Source: Mobula hypostoma (Eukaryota). Taken from it: a stretch of DNA of 64,000 bases. Position numbers and translations under genes: made by a program. Positions 36,833 through 48,189 of this stretch are shown in pieces. A model generated the notes under the pieces. It searched no databases and was not told the DNA's origin. It saw only the letters and a list, made by a program, of their open reading frames with translations. Numbering within the stretch: the first letter of the stretch is position 1; the number at the start of each line of letters is the position of its first letter. The stretch lies in NCBI RefSeq assembly GCF_963921235.1, contig NC_086097.1:118732001-118796000 (forward strand), read 5' to 3'.

Positions 36833-37988
36833 TCAGTCATTCAGGTGCCTTGCCGTTCGGTGTGGGCAATCATGTCTCTCCATCCATCACGGTCCCTGAC
36901 CCTCTGAATTGTAGTTGTTGCCTCCCCTATTTCTAACCATGATGTTATTCCATCTGTCATTTTCATTCTCTGTCTGCCTTTGCTTCTTTTTCCTTCCAGC
37001 TTTCCAGTTGTAACTAAATCTTCTAATGTCTCTCTTCACACAATGTGTCCAAAAAATTTTGATTGCTGTTTTCTGATTTTTTTTATGTAAGGTACATTTT
37101 GTTTTCATCCTCTGTAGAACTTCTTCATTGGTTATCCTGTCCACATATGATATGCATAGTATTCTTCTGAGGAACCACACCTCTGCTGCATTGATTCTTT
37201 TTTCCATTGCATTTGTGATGGTCCATGACTTGCAGCCATACATCAATATAGGAAGAATGTAGCAGCTGAGAATTCTAAGGCGGATGTCAATTGCTATTTT
37301 CTTCTTCGTTAGGATGTTTCTCATTTCTGCAAATGCTGTTCTTGCCATTGTTATTCTTGCTTTTATGTCTGTTTGCATTTGCCATTAGATGTTACCCATG
37401 ATCCAAGGTACTTGAAGTTGTGAACTTGTTTCAGGATTTCATTTCCCAATACGATCCTACAGTTTGGGATATCAGGTTTCTTTGATATTACCATTACTTC
37501 AGTTTTCTTTTTGTTTAAGGTTAGGCCACATCTTTTGCTCTCTGTGTTGATGGTAGATACTAGTTTCTGTAAATTTACTTCACTGTTTGCTATCAGTGCT
37601 GTATCATCTGCATAGCGGAGGTTGTTGATATTGTATCCTCCTATACTTATTCCAGGTAGGTCTTGTATGGTTTTAATGATGTTTTCACTGTACAGGGAGA
37701 ACAGCTCTGGTGATAGAACACAACCCTGTCTGACTCCTTGCTTTATTAGCTGATATTCACCAATCTCATTGTCTATCTGTATGGCTGCACTTTGTTACCA
37801 GTAGAGATTCCTGATTATTCTTAGATCTTTTCCGTCGATATTAATATCTTGAAGCATTTTCATGATGACTGGGTGTTTCACTGTGTCAAAGGCTTTTGTG
37901 TAGTCAATGAAACAGAAGTATGGGTCTTGTTGTACTTCTATTGACCTTTCGATAATATTCCTGAGAATATAAGTGGCGTTTGATGTTA
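36833..37988 (-). mobile_element. RTE-clade LINE, 5'-truncated, inserted in a Penelope terminal fragment (36806-38050)
   Basis: ORF 37795-37995 (FIDYTKAFDTV), NNLRYADD at ~37603-37626, and ORF 36887-37378 (IKARITMARTAF..LMYGCKSW..EVWFLRRIL). Confidence 0.93.
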
Positions 37989-39069
37989 TCAGCACCTATG
38001 GAGAGGAATAACAGTCAACATTTCCATCCAAAATCTTTCATCAGGATTTCCAATACTTAGTATGGATTCGACTGGGATCACTCAGATATCAATCTCTTTA
38101 AAGACAAATATGAATAAAAGAATTGGATAGCTAAGATGACATAAGGAGAACTGCACATCAAATTAGCATTTGGCCAAGTCTATCACTTGAAAAAGCCTCA
38201 TCAAATCAGTGGTTGCAGATATGCTCAGTAATGGTTTGTGCCAATGAAAGACCAATCACCACAAATCCGAGATATTCTTCAAAGTGTTCTGGTCAACACT
38301 AATTTAACTGTTTCAGCACTAACCTTCTCTCTGCAATAAGATTTAGAACGTAACTGTTTGTCAGTGACATCATTCTGTTTACTTCGACATGACAATGAAT
38401 ATATTCAGAAAATGTGGATAATCTTTAAACATAGAATGATGATTGGTAAATAAGGCTGCACTCTTCGGTAGCCAGGTAGTGACCATATGCAACAACAATC
38501 ATGCACTGATATTTCACAGGATTCCATGTCCTATTTGTTCTTGTCAGACTTTGTATTGACTTTTCTTATGACATGATAACTATAGAGTGACTACCTTTTC
38601 AAAATGAAAAACGGGGTGTGAAATATTTCGGGTCTGGGGAGGGGGTGGGTGTGTTTCTGATGTAATCAATGATTATAGGCACCACTTGCATTTTTCCACC
38701 CATGAGACAATTTCACAGTTTAGGAGGCTATATGGATGTGGGGGATTTGTCGAACGGGTTTTGGAAGTTCTTACAAACTATACAGAACTTTAAAATGAAA
38801 GCTTTTCTTTTTCAAGTGCACTGGTAAGGATGTGTTCTAAGCTTGCAGTGCTGGTGGTAGGTACTGCGATTGAACCATGCCAGGGACTATCTCTGAGAAC
38901 CATTCCCTTCAGTACCCTGTTTCTGCTGCTACCTCACCAGCATCCCTCACCCCGCCTCCACTCCCCCTCAGCCACTGATGCTGTTCCAATATTTGCTGCT
39001 ATTGCTGCCTCTAGCAAGACAAGGTTCAGGGGTTAAAGGGATAAATGCTTTTCTACAGTTGTGCAGCAT

Positions 39070-39998
39070 GAGACCATAAAACTAGAAGACATAGGAGCAG
39101 AATTGGGCTATTCAGCCCATCGAGTCTGCTCCACCATTCCACCATGGCTGATTCATTGTCCCTCTCAACCCAATTCTCCTGCCTTCTCTCTGTATCCTTT
39201 GATACCTTTACTAGAGGGGAGGAGAAGATGGTGACACGATGCAACGTGCGCGACTGCTCCAAAACGATATCAGTATTTGTAAGTAGGTACCGTGCACAAT
39301 CCTGATTTGATGGAGACAGCCATGAGAAGCATGGAGGAACACCTGGAGAAACTTCTGAAATGCCCGCTTCGCTGCTGCTGCTACTGTGCGATCGAGAATC
39401 TCCGGAGGGGAAGGCCCCAAATCCTCGGCTTTGCCTATTGCCTGTTGCCGGAGCCGGGGTCGAAGCGCTCGGCAGAGATGGTGCTCGGTGCTCGGTGTTG
39501 GAGGGTTGGTCGGAGGCTCGAAGTTTTCGGATGGACTCAAGAGTCGGCCGTGGTCGGATGCTTCCAGAGTGCTGCATTAGCAAGTTTGCTGCGCTGGAGG
39601 TTCATGGCAGGAAGAGCTTTTCTTCCTTCTACCGTCTGCGTGAGATGATGGGACGTTCGAGAGACTTTGAGACTTTTTTTTACCATGCCCATGGCCTGTT
39701 CTTTATCAAATTACGGTATTGCTTTGCACTGTTGTAACTATATGTTATAATTATGTGTTTTTTGTCAGTTTTTCAGTCTTGGTTTGTCTTGTGTTTCTGT
39801 GATATCATTCTGGAGGAACATTATATCATTTCTCAATGCATGCATTACTAAATGACATTAAAAGAGGACTGCCTGTCCTCATAAAAAAAACAAGAATCTA
39901 AACCTCTGCTTTAAATACTGTATGTGACAATGAATTACATAGATTCACCATCCTCTTGCTGCAGAAATCTTTCCTAACCTAGCTTATTCTAAATGCGT
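39070..39998 (-). mobile_element. CR1 3' end split by the 39214-39890 element
   Basis: ACATAGGAGCAGAATTGGGCTATTCAGCCC...TTACTA | CAAGAATCTA... matches the uninterrupted copy at 60990-61333. Confidence 0.8.
39214..39890 (+). mobile_element. ~680-bp CpG-rich non-autonomous poly(A)-tailed retroelement
   Basis: Starts GAGGGGAGGAGAAGATGG and ends with a GAGGAC-TGCCT-GTCCTC hairpin plus A-tail. Second copy at 9306-9933. Confidence 0.85.
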
Positions 39999-40009
39999 CC
40001 TGATCAAAT

Positions 40010-40600
40010 TACATTAGATGAAGTGATAGGTGAAACCATTTGACGGAAAGGTGAGTCCATGGGGAAGTGAGGAAGAAGTGGGAAGCTTGAGGTGATAGGT
40101 GGAAAAAGTAAAAGGCTAAAGAAGAAGGAATCTGATAGGAGAAGAGAGTGGACTATGTGAGAAAGACAAGGGGAGGGACACGAGAGGCAGATGATGGACA
40201 GGTGAGGAGGAAAAAGGGCTAAGAGGAGAGCCCAAAGGGAAATGGAAAGGGAAAGGGGAGGAAGTCACCAAAAGTTAGAGAAATAACTGTTGATTCTGTC
40301 AGGCTATCCAGACAAAATTTGAGGTGTTGTTCCAGGAGAATTTTGGTCCCTTAGTCAATTTTATAAAAATTTATTTAGAGATACAGCACAGTAACATGTC
40401 TTTCTGGTTCAACTGGCTCGCACCTCCCATGTGATTAATTAACCTATTAATCCCTACATCTTTGCAATGTGGGACGAAAGTGAAACACCCAGAGGAAATC
40501 CACACAGTCACATGGAGTACATACAAACTCCTTACAAACAGCGGCAGGAATTGAACCCAGGCCACTGGCACTGTAATAGTGTTTCACCAACCTCCATGCT
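40010..40600 (-). mobile_element. Penelope purine-rich fragment (40010-40335) followed by a V-SINE-like SINE (40370-40600)
   Basis: Similarity to 5880-6270 and to the other SINE copies. Confidence 0.7.
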
Positions 40601-40904
40601 ACCATGCAGCATAATCTTACTTCAAGTCCTGTCATCATTACAGATTATTTTTCAATCTACAATTCCTTTTTGGCTGATATTGCATTAAATTTGCATCCTG
40701 ATTAAACCAGTATCTGTGTTCTTTTTCAGCATTTCCCATCTTGGTTCACTGGTCACCAGAGTGCATTAGAAGTGTACATGGCATGCCTGCTGCTTTCAAA
40801 TTACATATTTCTGTGGCCAGAACATCACATTTTGTATTTATGTACAACTAGCATTCATAATAATGTCAATTGTATATGTGTGGTCGATTTCAGCTCTAAT
40901 CTCC

Positions 40905-41356
40905 TTTCATTAACCTATTCATTAGGTACACCTCTACACCAGCTTATTCATGCTAATATCTAAACAGCCAAACGTGTGGAAGCAGCTCAATGCATAAAAG
41001 CATGCAGACATGGTCAAGAGGTTCAATTGAGATTCAGACCAAGCAGCATCAGAATGGCGAAGGAATGTGATCTAAGACTCTTTGGTGCAAAAAGTAAAGA
41101 TATATCCAATGAGCGGCAGTTTTCTGGGCAAAAATGCCTTACTAATGAAAGAGGTCAGAGGAGGATGATTCAAGCAGACAGGAAGGCAGCAGTAACTTAA
41201 ATAAACACACGTTACAACAGTGGTGTGCAGAGGAGCATCTCTGAGCGCACACACATCGGACCTTGAAATGGATGGGCCACAATAGCAGAAGACCACACAT
41301 ACTCAGTGACCACCTTATTACATGCAGGAGATACCTAATAAAGTGGCCATTGGGTG
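40905..41356. mobile_element. Tc1-derived MITE, reverse orientation, internally deleted
   Basis: ATTAGGTACACC... ending CCTAATAAAGTGGCCATTGGGTG+TA. Confidence 0.85.
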
Positions 41357-41730
41357 TATATTCTGAAGATAAACTGTTTGGCTTTCCTTCTGGAGCGTGC
41401 AAAGTGATGGGCTGACATGACCCCCTAATCCCACTTGCTTTGAATCACTTACATTTTATTAACCGCTAAAAGCCATAAAATTTCAAACCTTGGCGAGGCT
41501 TAAGTACTCTATTAAGTATTCTCATGCTCTTCATATTCTTGCAATGCCCAATAGATTTTCTTACAGCGGTAATGCTATCTCTGGTTGTGACTGCAAACAA
41601 AATCACTGGGAGGCACTGAAGCTGGTGGATAGAGAAGTCTTTATTCAGCACACAAGCAGCCATCATACTGGCAATACTGCTGGAAGAAGCAGCCTGCTAA
41701 ACTCAGAGTGCATCACATTTTTATACCCTT

Positions 41731-42126
41731 AAGAACATAAGAACATAAGAAATAGGAGTAGGAGTAGGCCATCCGACCCATTGAGCCTGCCCCGCCATTC
41801 AATACAATCATGGCTGATCTGTCCGTAAACTCAGCTCCATCTACCTGCCTTTTCCCCATAACCCTTAATTCCCCTACTATGTAAAAATCTATCTAAATAT
41901 ATTTAGTGAAGAAGCCTCAACTGCTTCCCTGGGCAGAGAATTCCACAGATTCACCACTCTCTGGGAAAAACAGTTTCTCCTCATCTCTGTCCTAAATCTT
42001 CTCCCCTGAATCTTGAGGTAATGTCCCCTAGTTCTAGTTTCACCTACCAATGGAAACAACTTTCCTACTTCTATCTTATCTATCCCTTTCAAAATGTTGT
42101 ATGTTTCTATAAGATCCCCTCTCATT
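41731..42126 (-). mobile_element. Young CR1 3' end, probably inside an older reversed LTR-like sequence (~41586-42470)
   Basis: (TTCTTATG)n tail and ORF 41889-42134 (MRGDLIETY..FSQRVVNLWNSLP). TTAAGA occurs at both junctions. Confidence 0.88.
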
Positions 42127-43663
42127 AAGATCAATGGGATCTCAATACAGCTTCAATGGTTACAATGGCATTGTTTACTTCAATACATTGGGTTGACAAT
42201 GCTTCATTTAAGTTACATACAATTTTCAAACACTTATACCTTCATACCAACATTCTAAACACTGTAAATTGAATATTAGTCAGCATTGTCTTTCTAGCTG
42301 CACCCGTGCAGATGCAGACATCTCAATTGAATGGGTGTTTCCTGGTTTGCAATCAACTCTGATCTGCAGCTCCAGGAAGACCATTGTTCAGAGCAGCATT
42401 TTATATTCAATCTGCAGTCCACATTTAGCTGCTGAAATTAATATTTGTTATATACCACAGCTCCAGAATACACCCTAACATCCCCAAGCAATTTGCAATG
42501 ACTTGATCTGGTTAACAACTTATGGCTTAGTGGTGAGGTACATCTTTTTACATAGTGATCATGTTAAGTACATGATGGTTGAGGCTTTTGTGTTGTCAGG
42601 TATAATGCCTTTATAGGTAATGATATCATCAACAAATGTCAGCTCAGTGACTTACAGATGAATATTTATCTTCATTTTATCGGTTCTTTCAATCACTTCA
42701 AACTATTACTAAAGACTAATGCCTCATTTTTCTTTTGTCAAACGTCACACGATCCTGTCATCCATTGATCTGTCAAAACCTTCATTGCACTCATTTATCA
42801 CACAGATGTAGTGTTCTGATACTCTTCCAAAGCAGAATCCATGACAAAAGAAGGCAAAAGAATAACTAGAATGTGTACTTTCTAATTTAGTATTTTTCTA
42901 AATATTGCAGCACAGCCCAAAAACAGCCCATTATCAGAAAAATAAAGACTGTCAGATGCACTTGCAAGCTGTTGCTTTGCATTCTCATCAGGAAAGGATC
43001 CCATAATGTCTAAAAATCTCCACACATTTCCTTCAGGATTATTGGCATAAATTCCAGAATTCACCAGACCTTAATCAAATGTTTTACATTGGCATTAGTT
43101 TTAATAAGTATTTAATGAGTTGACATATATCAATGCATCTTTATGATGACCTTGTAATTGCTCCTTTAGTGAAAAGTTAATAACTGAAGCAAATCAATCT
43201 GTTGCACAAAATTAAAATAGTGTTAATACTGAAAATCTCAAATGAAGACAGACTGTATTAGAAATGGTCAGTTGGTAAAAATCCCTATATAGAACATAGA
43301 ACAGTACAACACAGGATCCGGTCCTTTAGCCCACAATGTTGTGCCCAACCAATTACATTAGTAATCAATGGCTATCTAAACTAATCTCTTCAGCCAACAC
43401 AGTGTCCATATCCTTCCATTTTCTTCATATTCACGTGCCTATCCAAATGTCTCTTAAAATGCTCAAACATTTCCGCCTCTACCACCTCCCCAGGCAACAC
43501 ATTCCAGGCACTTACCACTGTCTGTGTAAAGTAATCTGTCTCTCACATCTCCGTTGAAATTATCTCTTGTGGCAGTAAGTGTCTTAATTTAACCCTAACC
43601 TACTTAGTATTAGCGGGTGTCTTCTGTCCCAGTCACTAAACACGTGAACCTGATTCCCACAAA

Positions 43664-43682
43664 TGGTGCTACGGGCAGGGTT
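43664..43682 (+). promoter_or_regulatory. Primer-binding site (tRNA-Ser-like, decayed)
   Basis: TGGTGCTACGGGCAGGGTT lies two bases after the LTR-terminal CA. It resembles the complement of tRNA-Ser 3' ends as I recall them; not checked. Confidence 0.55.
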
Positions 43683-46001
43683 TATTGATCGAACAGAGAA
43701 TGAGTTGCTTCAGAAGAGAAAATAAGAGGGAATACCACCTGCTTGAGCAGTACCAAGTCCCGAGGTGGACTGACAACAGAATGGGATTTGGAAATCTCGG
43801 CATTGGTGGACTATGGGTCACCCATAGATTGGTCAGAGAAGTTGGAATGAAATTGAATGCCACATCATGTCCATACTTAATAAGGCAGCGTTCCCCAAGA
43901 GGAAGGGAAGCTAGGGCTGGAGGGTGCCTTGCGACTGCTACAACTATAGTATGGCAGCAGCACAGGATAATCTCACAAAAGGAGAAAAAGGTAGATAATT
44001 TGAGGAAAGAGGTGGAACTGCTAAATCAGTGATTTGTGTTACTATTGTAGAGGCTGCCCAGGCAACGCAGATCTGGGCTAGGGGGTTAGAGGATAAGAGC
44101 ACAGAGATGGCCTGCTGGTTAAGGTGGGTACAGCAGTTCAAGGCTGCTCACAGGGCTGATTGGCAACTGGGCCCCTTTGAGGTCTGAGCCCTGCTGTTTC
44201 AGGGAGATGATTCCAATACTTAGTTGTGGGATGGTGGCATTTGGTTAGATGGTGAGGATGAGGAAGAGAGGTTAGAAGACAGCCTCAGGGTTCCTCTTCT
44301 AAATGAGCACCCTTCCCCCTCTGCCATGTGCCTGTGCAGGACAGACTCGTGGCCACACATTCCCCAACACAGCAAGAGGGCCACCTCCCCATAGCTCCTG
44401 CAGCTCCCATGGAACAGGGTGAGGAAGATTAGCAAGTTCGGGGAGAGGAACCTGGGGAAGATAACACAGTAGGTCTCACCGAGCCGACTACCATTGGGGA
44501 ATTCTCCGCTAAGGAACTGACAGCGCTGGGAGACAAGTATAGGCAGAAGCCAGGGAAGCCTCTGCCCACATGGTTGCTGAGGATCTGGGACACAAGGAGT
44601 GCTAGATTGAGTGTATCCAATAGGGAGATGGGTATCATAGGGGGCCTGACATCCCATCACACGATAAATAACGCCCTGCGATTGCCACCTGCTTTCCAAG
44701 GTGGTGATGATAGCAGCAGCGAAGGTCAAGTATCCTTCATTCATTGTGTGGGAGAAGCAGCCTCGGGAAGAAGGGACCAAAACCCTTTGACAGTGGGCTG
44801 TTGCCACAGGGATCAATGATGATAGTGACCCCACTGTGGGATTATAGATTAACCTCGACCATATGGGGTATTTAGTTAAAGCAGAAGCTCACAATGTAAA
44901 GGGCGTGGTGCTGTCTTCATTAGGAACAGAGGGAGGGGTACCATAGGCACTGCTATCAGATTATTGGAGGGATTAGAGTACACAGGGGAAGGTCCCCACA
45001 GTTGTGTACACAAATTTATGTGTGGAGGGCACCGCGTGACCCATAAGGAAATATTTTCAGTATTCGTCAGAGCCAGGATCCCAAGGGAGCAGGCAGATGA
45101 GGTTCTCACTCCCATCCTCTATGTCATGAGGAGGAATCACTGCCAAGAGAAGAGAGATAAGGAGGACGTTAAGGGTGAAAGGTCATTCTCCAAGCACTCC
45201 CACGATAAGGGCTGCTTCTGTCCTCCACAGAGTTCTTCACATTCCACTGAGGGTTCCCTATATCCCCTGGAAAAGGCACTACTGGGCATTCAGTGGCAAT
45301 AGGGTGTGTGGCAGTGGGTGGCCCGTTCCCACCCAACCTCCATCGTGAGTGGGTCATTCATCCTGCACACCCTCCCATAATACAGTGTGAATGGTTCGAG
45401 TTTGAAAAATGTTGCGTGAGGTGAAGCCACACATGATTTCCCCTTGTGTGAGTGTGTGTGTGTGAGTGCAAAGCCTGTCGTGTATTTGTAAAATCTGTAT
45501 CGGAAGGGTGTTTGAATTAATCCTATGTTTCAGCAGAAAAAATGGTCGATTGAAGTATTTCCCTGTTCAGTGAAGTGAATTTCCAGGAGCTTTTTATCTT
45601 TTTATAGACTGTGCCTTTAAGTGGTTGTGTGAATATGTCAATGTGTTGGGGGCCCCCACCCAGCCGTCTTTTCTTTCCCTATGCTCTTTGGAAAATGCAT
45701 GGAACATTTAGAAAAGTTTTCCACTGTGGAAATTAACTGTTTGTTCTAAGTTTTGCAGTTACTTGCAAATTCTCCGAAGGAAAGTAAGTACAAGCATAGA
45801 TTAAATTTGTTTTTGAGGGATTCTGTGGGTTTTTCACATTCCTACGTTACCTACACTCACAGGCGGCAGGGTTGATCAAGTGCATGAGCAGCAAGTTAAT
45901 TTATTGACCCCCACCTGCTTCTTTCAAGGGTGACTGAGTGTGCAGCAACAGGCAGTGGACAATGTAAGCACCTTGCTGGTGAACCTGGGAGGACCCCCAG
46001 T

Positions 46002-46178
46002 GCAACACACACAATACGCTGGAGGAACTCAGCAGGCCAGGCAGCACCTATGGAAAAGAATACTGTCGACGCTTCGGGCCAAGACCCTTTGGCAGTCCTG
46101 CTGCCTGGCCTGCTGAGTTCCTCCAACACACTGTGTGTGTTGCTTGGATTTCCAGCGTCTGCAGATTTCCTCTTGTTT
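46002..46178. mobile_element. Fold-back Penelope terminal insert inside the 3' LTR
   Basis: GCAACACACACA..TGGAGGAACTCAGCAGGCCAGGCAGCA and TGCTGCCTGGCCTGCTGAGTTCCTCCA..TGTGTGTGTTGC form long inverted arms. Confidence 0.9.
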
Positions 46179-48189
46179 GTGATGGGATCCCTGATATCCT
46201 GGCACCAGGCAGTATCGAATCCTCCCAAGTGGAAGAAGTAGAGTTAGAGGAGGAATTGGGAAAGGTTTAGATGCAGCACACACAGGGGCCACCAGGGCAT
46301 CCGGAGATTGTGCTATGATCCGGGGAATAGGTGATGGGTGGCATTAGTGGGCGAACAGGGATCAGCCTGCCTAAATACCCAGTGGCTAACGAGGAGGGAG
46401 TGAACCTGTGCCTACTTACATTACAGAATGACAAATTTGACGAAACATGCAGGTGATAATAAACCTGATTCTGATTCTGAAGTGATGAATGCTGATGGAA
46501 GAGGTGATGGTGGTGGTTGGTGTGTGATCCAACAATGCATTCATGCAGTTGGCATACGAGGCTGCAAACCACACCAATGCTTCGGACTGTTGGGCCTGCT
46601 TGAGGGCGCCATCCCGCGCTGCAGAAGGGGTGTGCTGACACTGATCCTCTTTTACGAAGAAGAACAGGCCTGTTGGAAGGACTTGTCCAGCTTCTCAGGT
46701 TTTGGCATTCTGTTTTGTGGAAAGCCTAGAGGGAGTAGTCCGTTCCAGCCAAACTCGCCCCATAGTATGGGAACGGCTTTCAAGAACGTGCCTGCTCATT
46801 GAAAGCCACTCTCCCGTGACAGCCAGTAACTGGCCCATCTAAGGAGCATTGCAACCCCACCCTCTGGCTTCTGTTTAGCTGACAATTTCAGTGTGCCGGA
46901 AAGGTTTAAATTTAGTGTGCGGTAACCATGAGGTCTCTTTCCCTCTCAGGGCGCTGTGGACCAGGTAGGTGAGGGTGCTGTGGAAACGGCAGATGGTGGG
47001 GGCATGCTGCAGTAAAGGGAGCTTAGGTGCACATTTTAAATAAGTGTTTGCCACTACGTGCATGTTCAGAGTCTGTTTTGTGCTGCCACTTTGGGTGCTT
47101 GCTTTAGATAGTGTCTGTAACCGAGTTTAGCTTGAAGGGTTTATTGAATGTTTAATGTCTGTTTTGTCTTGAAAATAAATAGTTAACCTATTTATTGTTA
47201 GCGTCTTCTGTCCCCACTCAACGAACACACGAGCCTGATTTCTCACAGCACTCTCTCTCACCTTAAATGCGTGCCCTCTGGTATTAGATATTCCAACTCT
47301 TGGAAAAAGATTTTGTCTGTCTACTCTATGCCTTTCATTATTTTATAAACCTCTAATAGATCTCTCCTCTGCTTCCTCAACTCCTGAGAAAACAACCCTA
47401 ATTTGTCCGACTTCTTGTTATACCACTCCATCTGCCATTTCTCCATCCATATCTGCAACTAATCTAGATCCCACTGTATTCTTTGCCAGTCTTCCACACT
47501 ATCTACAACACCACCAATCTTTGTATCATCTGCAAACTTACTAACCCACCCACTTACATTTTAGTTCAACTCATTTATAAACAGCAGATTTCCGGTATAA
47601 ATTCCTGTGGAACACCACTAATCACAGACCTCCAGGTAGAATAAGTTCCTTCAAACACTACACTCTGTCTTCTATGAACAAATCAGTTCTGAATTCACCA
47701 GCGGTACCATGTATTTAAATCTTCTTGATGAGCCTCCCATGGGGGAACTTGTTAAACGCCCTACTAAAATCCACACAGACAACATCCGCAGAGCTATTGT
47801 CATCAATCGCCCTCAACACCTCGTCAAAAAACTCAGTCAAGTTCATAAGACATGACTTGCCCCACAAAAGCCATGCTGGCTCTCCCTAATTAGGCCATGG
47901 TTTTCCAAATTCTCATAAATCCAATCCCTATTAATTCTTGTCAGTAATTTCTCTACCACTGATGTGAGTCTCACTGGTTGAGAGCTTTCAGGATTATCCC
48001 TGGTTCCCTTTTTAGCTAACGCAGCAACAATAGCTACTCACCAGTCCACCAGTCCTCCAGGACCTCGCCCACAGGGAGAGAAGACATGATTTATTTACTT
48101 ATTTAGAGATATAACACAGAATAGGTCCTTCCAGCCCTTAACCTAATCACGGGATGATTTATAATGACCAATTAACCTACAATTAACAA

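Larger units (their letters stand above)
43568..47247 (+). mobile_element. Endogenous retrovirus-like LTR element with class III (ERV-L/ERV-S-like) gag and no visible pol or env
   Basis: Deleted 5' LTR 43568-43661 and long 3' LTR 45307-47247 share the start TGTGGCAGT and the end ..GTCTTCTGTCCC..AACAC..CCTGATT..CACA. PBS at 43664. Gag motifs LWDGGIWLD, FSAKELTALGDKYRQKPGKPLPTWLLRIWD and RVTHKEIFSVFVRARIPREQAD. Confidence 0.8.
43288..48070 (-). mobile_element. CR1 3' portion (43288-43567 plus 47248-48070) split by an LTR element
   Basis: Tail at 43288. The sequence resumes as CTCACCTTAAATGCGTGCCCTCTGG after 47247, with RT motifs (reverse FADD at ~47525, KAF at ~47755). Confidence 0.85.

Noticed and set aside
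39053..39737. Five overlapping ORFs up to 176 aa
   Set aside because: GC-rich repeat with few stops in any frame; the ORFs are not preserved in the second copy at 9306-9933.
41586..42470. Second solo LTR in reverse orientation as a firm feature
   Set aside because: Reverse AATAAA and TATA-like motifs are present, but I could not fix the far end or a TSD; mentioned only as the probable host of the 41731 CR1.
44220..44834. 204-aa minus-strand ORF
   Set aside because: Antisense to the gag remnant; no motifs of its own.
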